Below are positions 58,701 through 64,000 of a stretch of DNA of 64,000 nt, in pieces. The stretch comes from Myxococcota bacterium (lineage in GTDB: Bacteria; Myxococcota_A; UBA9042; PHBI01; JAWLBL01). The position numbers and the translations under genes were made by a program. The DNA is taken from positions 32,001-96,000 of the forward strand of contig JAWLBL010000019.1 in the NCBI GenBank assembly GCA_041687695.1, given 5' to 3'. A model generated the notes under the pieces. It did no database searches and had not been told where the DNA came from. It saw only the letters and a list, made by a program, of their open reading frames with translations. Each line of letters opens with the position of its first letter. Position 1 is the first letter of the stretch.

Positions 58701-61292
58701 TGCGACTCCGACGACGACAACGACGGCTACCCCGACGCGACGGACAACTGTCCGCTGGTGGCGCAGCCGATGGGGCAGATCGACACCGACAAGGACGGCA
58801 TCGGCGACGCCTGTGACCCGGACGACGACAACGACAGCGTGCCCGACGCGGCCGACAACTGCCCGCTGATCTACAACCCCGACCAGGGGGACCTCGACGG
58901 CGACGGGCTGGGCGACGTGTGCGACCCCGACGACGACGGCGACGGCATCGACGACCTGTTCGACATCTGCCCCAAGCACTACGATCCCGAGCAGCTGGAC
59001 CTGGACTTCGACGGCTTCGGCGACGCGTGCGACCTCGACGACGACGACGACGGCGTTCCGGACGCGGTCGACAACTGCCCGACCGTCCAGAACCCGTCCC
59101 AGCTGGACCTCGACGAGGACGGGCTGGGCGACGCCTGCGACGAGGACATCGACGGCGACGGCGTCCCGAACAACAAGGACAACTGCAAGAGCGCCTTCAA
59201 CCCGGACCAGGCCGACTTCGACCAGGACTACGTGGGTGACGCCTGCGACGTGGATGACGACGGCGATCTCATCATCGACATCTACGACAACTGCCCCTAC
59301 TTCCCGAACACCGATCAGGCGGACCTGGACGGTGACGGGCTGGGCGACGCCTGCGACGACGACATCGACAACGATGGCGTCCCGGACGCTACCGACAACT
59401 GCAAGACGACCTACAACCCCGACCAGGCCGACTCGGACAAGGACGGGCTGGGCGACGCCTGCGAGAACGACTCGGACAACGACGGCGTGGGCGACGCGGT
59501 CGACAACTGCCCGTTCGATCACAACTCGGACCAGACCGACAGCGACGCCGACGGCCAGGGCGACGCGTGCGACGACGACATGGACGGCGACGGCCTGCCC
59601 AACGAGGACGACAACTGCCCCAAGGTCAGCAACGACCAGCAGACCGATCTGGACGGCGACGGCAAGGGCGACGCCTGCGACGATGACATGGACGGCGACG
59701 GAATCCCCAACGTCGTCGACAACTGCGAGAGCGTCTACAACCCGCAGCAGGCGAACTTCGACGGCGACGTCTTCGGTGACGCCTGCGACTCGGACGCGGA
59801 CGGCGACGGCGTGAACGACACGGGCGACAACTGCCTGTGGCTCAAGAACTCCGACCAGCTGGACACCGACGGCGACGGGTTCGGCGACGCCTGCGACAAC
59901 GACGACGACGGCGACGGCGTCCTCGACACGCAGGACAACTGCCCCAAGGTCTTCAACCCGGACCAGAAGGACACCAACGGCAACGGGCAGGGTGACGCCT
60001 GCTCGAGCGACCGCGACGGCGACGGCGTGCCCAACGGGCTCGACAACTGCCCCGACTTCCCGAACCTGGACCAGCTCGACAACGACAACGACGGGCTCGG
60101 CGACGCGTGCGACCCCGACGACGACAACGACAACGTGCCCGACGCCATCGACAACTGCCCGCTGCTCGCCAACGCCAACCAGAAGGATCTGGACGGCGAC
60201 GGGTACGGTGACGCCTGCGACGAAGACGACGACGGAGACAACGTCCTCGACGGCAACGACAACTGCCCGACGACGTTCAACCCGACGCAGGCCGACTTCG
60301 ACGTGGACGGGCTGGGCGACGCCTGCGACCCCGACGACGACAACGACGGGGATCCGGACGCCTCGGACTGCGCGCCCAAGAACAAGGACGTGCACCACGG
60401 CGCCAAGGAGATCTGCGGCAACGGCGTCGACGACGACTGCGACGGGCAGCAGGACACCGTCGGGGCCCAGGGCTGCGTCAACCGCTACTACGACGGCGAC
60501 GGCGACAACTACGGCAAGCCGAACAGCCAGGTGTGCATCTGCAACCCGGTCTACCCGCACACCGCGACGGCCGGCAACGACTGCAACGACACCGACAGCG
60601 CCATCTTCCCGGGCGCCAACGAGGTCTGCAACGGCAAGGACGACGACTGCGACGGGCAGACCGACGAGGTCGGCGCGGCGCCGCTGCCCAACTGCGTGCA
60701 CTACTACGAGGACAAGGATGGCGACGGGTTCGGCAACATGGCCGTCTCGCAGTGCCTGTGCAAGCCGACCGGGTTCATGACGGCCAAGCAGGCCAACGAC
60801 TGCAACGACTCGAACGCGGCCATCAACCCCAACGCGGTCGAGACGTGCGACGGCAAGGACAACGACTGCGACGGCGTCACGGACGGGCCCGGCTCGTATG
60901 GGTGCACGACGCTGTACAAGGACCAGGACGGCGACGGCTACGGGCGTGACGAGACGGCGTGCGTGTGCGCAGCGGCGCATCCGTGGACGGCGACCAACAA
61001 GCTCGACTGCGACGACGCCAGCCAAGAGGTCTACCCGAACAACCCCAACTACTACTTCCAGCCGACCAACGGGTCGTGGGACTACAACTGCGACGGGGTC
61101 GTGACCAAGAAGGACGAGGCGATCGGCAAGTGCTCCGGGACCGTCGGCTGCAGCACCGAGAAGCTCGGCTGGAACGGGTCGGTGCCCGAGTGCGGCCAGA
61201 CCGGCACCTGGATCCTGGACTGCAAGTGGAAGATCTCCAGCCTCAGCTGCAAGATCGACGACGACGAGAGCCGCCAGCAGTCTTGCCGCTGA
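55701..61292 (+). CDS. Giant thrombospondin type-3 repeat (Ca-binding) surface lipoprotein with MopE-like repeats
   Basis: ATG after AGGAAGGGGG; lipobox VTGC; about 32 DxDxDGxxDxxDNCPxxxNxxQxDxDxDGxGDAC units; EVCDGxDNDCDG units at both ends; 1863 aa. Confidence 0.9.
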   Translation: MRTRQLRHALGTLLLVAWPASGLVTGCGTDANVGGDSDAKATLDAQVDGADGAGDARADGTATDGQGDGEDATPGFVCEAAGEFGCECASDADCIDGYCQPMAGGYRCSKTCQETCPNGLTCALVTKSGQSVYLCVDVGAWLCSPCETSAECVVEGAPQGASCVMGPGGGFCGVACESGKCPSGYQCAQPAGLDQPQCVPANGECGCSPLAVADARQTTCSVSNEHGKCEATRVCGPDGLSACAAATPAAEVCDGVDNDCDGQADEGLTGAPCQRDNDYGSCKGTAVCDGSALSCGAPEPAPEVCDGIDNDCDGETDEGELDTDLDGAADCVDPDDDNDGVPDVADNCPTVKNLEQTDTDLDGQGDACDPDIDGDGVPNEADCDPLNKKAYPGAEEVCDGVDNDCNGKTDEGFPNADGDKLADCVDPDQDNDGWLNTQDNCPLHPNVSQSDNDGDGQGDACDPDDDNDGVPDASDNCQFVKNAGQADNDKDGKGDACDPDDDNDGLPDESDNCQFVANPTQSDVNGDGVGDVCDPDADSDGVPNAEDNCPLVPNPDQEDLNGDGKGDACTDDKDGDGIKDAVDNCPDVKNTSQTDTDQDGLGNACDPDDDDDGIADIYDNCTVVVNPDQTDQDGDGLGDACDDDMDGDGVPNGQDNCPNLPNPTQGNVDGDGLGDACDPDMDGDSIPNAMDNCPKAANANQLDSDGDGLGNACDADDDNDGIPDASDNCPLVANPFQEDVDGNGVGNACDNDMDGDGVINVGDNCPLVFNPDQANTDGDAFGDACDADDDNDGVPDVADNCPTLKNATQQDTDGDGVGDVCDPDIDGDGVPNAQDNCPTVVNPSQSNADKDALGDACDDDDDNDGLQDGVDNCPTVANVDQKDTDLDGLGDACDGDDDNDGVLDVVDNCPKTWNPDQKDSDKDGLGDACTTDKDADGVPDESDNCPTVKNPAQQDQDGDGIGDFCDPDTDGDGVDNEVDNCPLIPNVTQIDTDGDGLGDVCDSDDDNDGYPDATDNCPLVAQPMGQIDTDKDGIGDACDPDDDNDSVPDAADNCPLIYNPDQGDLDGDGLGDVCDPDDDGDGIDDLFDICPKHYDPEQLDLDFDGFGDACDLDDDDDGVPDAVDNCPTVQNPSQLDLDEDGLGDACDEDIDGDGVPNNKDNCKSAFNPDQADFDQDYVGDACDVDDDGDLIIDIYDNCPYFPNTDQADLDGDGLGDACDDDIDNDGVPDATDNCKTTYNPDQADSDKDGLGDACENDSDNDGVGDAVDNCPFDHNSDQTDSDADGQGDACDDDMDGDGLPNEDDNCPKVSNDQQTDLDGDGKGDACDDDMDGDGIPNVVDNCESVYNPQQANFDGDVFGDACDSDADGDGVNDTGDNCLWLKNSDQLDTDGDGFGDACDNDDDGDGVLDTQDNCPKVFNPDQKDTNGNGQGDACSSDRDGDGVPNGLDNCPDFPNLDQLDNDNDGLGDACDPDDDNDNVPDAIDNCPLLANANQKDLDGDGYGDACDEDDDGDNVLDGNDNCPTTFNPTQADFDVDGLGDACDPDDDNDGDPDASDCAPKNKDVHHGAKEICGNGVDDDCDGQQDTVGAQGCVNRYYDGDGDNYGKPNSQVCICNPVYPHTATAGNDCNDTDSAIFPGANEVCNGKDDDCDGQTDEVGAAPLPNCVHYYEDKDGDGFGNMAVSQCLCKPTGFMTAKQANDCNDSNAAINPNAVETCDGKDNDCDGVTDGPGSYGCTTLYKDQDGDGYGRDETACVCAAAHPWTATNKLDCDDASQEVYPNNPNYYFQPTNGSWDYNCDGVVTKKDEAIGKCSGTVGCSTEKLGWNGSVPECGQTGTWILDCKWKISSLSCKIDDDESRQQSCR

Positions 61293-61383
61293 GATGGGCG
61301 GCGGTCGGGGCCCGCGCGAGGACGGGGGCCCCGACCCCGCGCGCCCTGATCTCGCTTCGAAGGCCCACGTCGGCGTGAGACGC

Positions 61384-61433
61384 AAGAAAGCCCGCGGTTC
61401 GCGGACGGCCTGGCCGCCGCGAACGCGCGGGCT
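61384..61433 (-). terminator. Putative Rho-independent terminator of the hxsD-like gene pair
   Basis: Long GC hairpin (AGCCCGCG...CGCGGGCT) followed by TTCTT on the minus strand; a second hairpin lies at 61303-61336. Confidence 0.6.
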
Positions 61434-61473
61434 GGATGCGGGGCGCTTGGGCGGGCCGCGGGGCCCGCGCCGC

Positions 61474-61722
61474 TCAGCGCTTGCGCTCGATGGTCCCGGC
61501 GAGGACGAAGTTCGCCAGCTCGCTGGCCAGCGTCTCCGACGTGAAGTCCTCGTCCGTCGCGGTCACGTGGACCGTCCAGGCCTCGTCGCCCTTGTCGACC
61601 GTCAGCTCGGCGAGCGACGCATAGGCCTCGAGGGCGTCCTGGATGGCCGCGATCGCGTACACGCGCTTGTCGAAGGTGCGGGTGGCGGGCGTCGCCGCCG
61701 GGGCCGCCTCAGCCGCGCTCAC
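61474..61722 (-). CDS. HxsD-like small protein
   Basis: FDKRVYAIAAIQDALEAYA...LASELANFVL mirrors the HxsD pattern of the upstream gene; GTGA overlap. Confidence 0.7.
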   Translation of the reverse strand: MSAAEAAPAATPATRTFDKRVYAIAAIQDALEAYASLAELTVDKGDEAWTVHVTATDEDFTSETLASELANFVLAGTIERKR

Positions 61723-62240
61723 GCCTCACCCCCGCCGACCGGGCTGTGCCCGCCGCTGTCGCCGGGGCCGGCGACGCGCTCGGTGTCGGGGCCGGCCGCC
61801 ACGGGGGCGCTGCCGCTCTTCTTGAAGCGCTCCTCCCACGGGACGGCGATGCCGAGCGGATCGTCGAGGAAGTCGAGATCGTCGTCGTCCTCGTCGTCGA
61901 CGAAGGCCGCGGGCAGGGCGGCGCCGGTGGCGCCTGCCAGCGCCTGGGAGACGATGCTCTCGAGGATCGCCTGGTTGTCGGCGGTGATCCGTCGACGCAG
62001 GGCCTGGCTGAGCAGCTCGTTGCCGAACTCGCCCGCGAGCGCGCGCAGCGCGGCCTCGTCGGCCGGGGCCTTGGTCGCGATCTCGACCGTGATGTCATCG
62101 TCCGAGCGGCCCAGCAGGACGTAGGCCCGGTCGATGAACACGTAGGCGGCGCCATAGACCGCCTCGAGAGGGTAGAGGGTCTTGTCCAGGCTCAGGACGA
62201 GCTTTCCATCGGTCGCAGTCAGGATTTCGGGCGCGCTCAA
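61719..62240 (-). CDS. hxsD: His-Xaa-Ser system protein HxsD-like, with acidic C-terminal extension
   Basis: TTG start after GGAGGT; LDKTLYPLEAVYGAAYVFIDRAYVLL...GEFGNELLSQALRRRI matches the HxsD pattern; tail DDEDDDDLDFLDDPLGIAVPWEE. Confidence 0.75.
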   Translation of the reverse strand: MSAPEILTATDGKLVLSLDKTLYPLEAVYGAAYVFIDRAYVLLGRSDDDITVEIATKAPADEAALRALAGEFGNELLSQALRRRITADNQAILESIVSQALAGATGAALPAAFVDDEDDDDLDFLDDPLGIAVPWEERFKKSGSAPVAAGPDTERVAGPGDSGGHSPVGGGEA

Positions 62241-62353
62241 CGTGTCACCTCCAGAGCACCACGGCGGGCAACCTAACACCCCGCGGGCTTCGTGTCAGCA
62301 GGGGGGCGACCCGCCGGTTGCGACGACTGGACCGATGGGGCCATGCTCGCGGC

Positions 62354-62857
62354 ATGGACGCCGAGACACTCGAACGGCTGCGCCGCAACAGCGGCCTGCG
62401 CCTCGACCGCGAGGGCACCTTCCATTTCCAGGACGCGCCGGTGCCGAACCCGCGTGTGCAACGCCTGTTCCACGAGGGCCTGGCCGTCCGCGACGACGGC
62501 GAGGTCGTGCTGCACGTCGGGGAGATGTGGGCCTACGTGGGCTGCGACGGCGTGGCGCGCTTCGTAGACGGCGTACGGTTTTTTCGGGATCGCCTCGCGC
62601 TGCGCCTGCGCGATGGACGCGAAGTGGAGGCCGACGCGCGTCACCTGGCGATCGGACCGGACGAGCGCTTCTACGTCTGGGCGACCGTGGACGGGCCGCC
62701 GGCGGTCCTGTCGCGTCCGGCGCACCAACAGGTCGCTGGACGGCTGACGGCCGACGACGACGGGCGGCTGCTCCTGGAGCTCGCGTCGGGGCTGGTCGCG
62801 ATCCGCGCGCTGGCGGCGGCCCCGGGGCCGTCGACGGCGTGGTCCGAGGGGCCGTGA
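62354..62857 (+). CDS. DUF1285-like protein
   Basis: LRLDREGTFHFQDAPVPNPRVQRLF...LRLRDGREV; ATG 6 nt after a CATGCT -10-like hexamer. Confidence 0.6.
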   Translation: MDAETLERLRRNSGLRLDREGTFHFQDAPVPNPRVQRLFHEGLAVRDDGEVVLHVGEMWAYVGCDGVARFVDGVRFFRDRLALRLRDGREVEADARHLAIGPDERFYVWATVDGPPAVLSRPAHQQVAGRLTADDDGRLLLELASGLVAIRALAAAPGPSTAWSEGP

Positions 62858-62870
62858 GCCGACCGGCCGC

Positions 62871-63566
62871 TCAGGGGGCGGCGATCGGCGGCTGCTCGTC
62901 GTCCACGGGGAGCGGCGGCGGCGCCTGCCGCGCGGCGTAGCGCTCCTTGAGACCCGAGAGGCGGGCGCGCGCCTCGAGCAGGGTCTCGTTCTGGGTCGAG
63001 GCGTCCCGAAGGAGGCGAATCGACAGCTCGTAGGCCTCCTCGGCGCGCAGCTTGAGCAGCTCGCGCAGGTCGACGGCGCGCGAGTGGTACAGGGACTCGG
63101 CCTGCTCGCGCATGACGAAGGTCTGGCCGCTGGCGCCGCCCATCTGATCGAGGAAGACCGCCATGCCCTCGTAGAGCCGGCCCAGGGTCAAGGCCGTCCG
63201 GGGGCGATCCGGGGCCGCCCGCAGGCGCAGCATCAGCTGCGCGAGATCGCTGAGCTGCTTGATGCGCGCCACCTCGCGGTTGAGGCGGGCCCGCGGCATC
63301 GCCCGATCGGCGACCGGCACGAGCCCCTCCCAGTCTTTGTCCACCCGCGCGACCGCCGCGGCCTGGACCAGCGCGCAGCCGGGCTCGGCGTCCATCACGC
63401 GCTCGAGGCGACGTCGGGCCTCGAGCGGGTCGAGCCGGCGGGTCGTCTCGAACCACTTGGCCGTGGCGCGGCACAGGCGCGAGGGACCGTCGGCGCGCGC
63501 CGACGGGGGCGACGCCAGGCCCGCGACCACGAGCGCCAGAGCCGACAACAGGGTTCCGCGGTTCAT
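62871..63566 (-). CDS. Exported helical hypothetical protein
   Basis: Signal peptide ending ARA-D; TPR-like helices (TLGRLYE, AEEAYE); start could be 63566, 63572 or 63578. Confidence 0.65.
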   Translation of the reverse strand: MNRGTLLSALALVVAGLASPPSARADGPSRLCRATAKWFETTRRLDPLEARRRLERVMDAEPGCALVQAAAVARVDKDWEGLVPVADRAMPRARLNREVARIKQLSDLAQLMLRLRAAPDRPRTALTLGRLYEGMAVFLDQMGGASGQTFVMREQAESLYHSRAVDLRELLKLRAEEAYELSIRLLRDASTQNETLLEARARLSGLKERYAARQAPPPLPVDDEQPPIAAP

Positions 63567-63672
63567 AGGCATCCTCACGAGATCGTCCGCCCAGGATAGC
63601 GGCCGCCGAGGCGGCCGTCGAGGCCACCTTCCCCCGGTTTGGACCGCTGTCCCGACGCCTGAAGGGGCCGCG

Positions 63673-63702
63673 TTGACAGGGCGCCGCCACCTTCACTACG
63701 GT
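63673..63702 (+). promoter_or_regulatory. Putative sigma70 promoter (TTGACA-N18-TACGGT) 7 nt upstream of ATG 63710
   Basis: Perfect -35 and a TANNNT -10; no SD, consistent with a leaderless transcript. Confidence 0.55.
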
Positions 63703-63709
63703 CACGCCG

Positions 63710-64000
63710 ATGAACCGTAACACCTCGCGGCGTTTCGCGCCCTTACGTCGAATTTCAGCGGGGCTGCGAGCCGGGACGGTCGCCTGCCTGGGGGTCGCGA
63801 CCCTGCTCACGGCGGGGCCGGCGCGGGGCGATCTGGCGCGCTTCGACCTCGCGGGTCGCATCTACACCAAGTGGATGTACACCAACGACGACTCCCAGGG
63901 CCTGCTGACCTGGGGCAACCCCTTCTGGCCGGACAACATCGCCGGCGGCAACGGCGTCGGCAGCGAGTTCGAGCTGAAGATCCGCGGGGCCGTGGCCAAC
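63710..64000 (+). CDS. Exported protein, probable outer-membrane protein N-terminus (partial)
   Basis: Not in the ORF track. MNRNTSRRFAPLRRISAGLRAGTVACLGVATLLTAGPARG-DLARFDLAGRIYTKWMYTNDDSQGLLTWGNPFWPDNIAGGNGVGSEFELKIRGAVAN, open to the window end. Confidence 0.7.
   Translation, partial: MNRNTSRRFAPLRRISAGLRAGTVACLGVATLLTAGPARGDLARFDLAGRIYTKWMYTNDDSQGLLTWGNPFWPDNIAGGNGVGSEFELKIRGAVAN

Overview
Very GC-rich, gene-dense bacterial DNA. The gene content (Cys-rich surface lipoproteins, a giant TPR protein, a thrombospondin-type repeat protein) suggests Myxococcota; this is inferred, not proven. The main feature is a putative peptide/protein-maturation system in the first 17 kb: seven radical SAM genes in two sub-clusters. 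These are a cobalamin-dependent rSAM missing from the ORF track, two large paralogous rSAMs with extra Cys clusters, an rSAM-methyltransferase fusion and three shorter rSAMs. An HExxH-type peptide-modifying enzyme follows them. Two HxsD-like (His-Xaa-Ser system) genes lie about 44 kb away, and no precursor peptide is visible in the window. Other content: purC, ggt, pcnB, a class II J-protein, tRNA-Phe(GAA), a stand-alone infC that appears to start at ACG, a STAND/TPR/winged-helix regulator with GTTACA repeats over its promoter, a 3855-aa TPR protein, a Kazal/antistasin-like lipoprotein operon, a 7x58-aa 10-Cys repeat lipoprotein and a lipoprotein with about 32 TSP3 repeats. No transposase, integrase or CRISPR array was seen. 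All family calls come from motif recognition by eye, not database searches.
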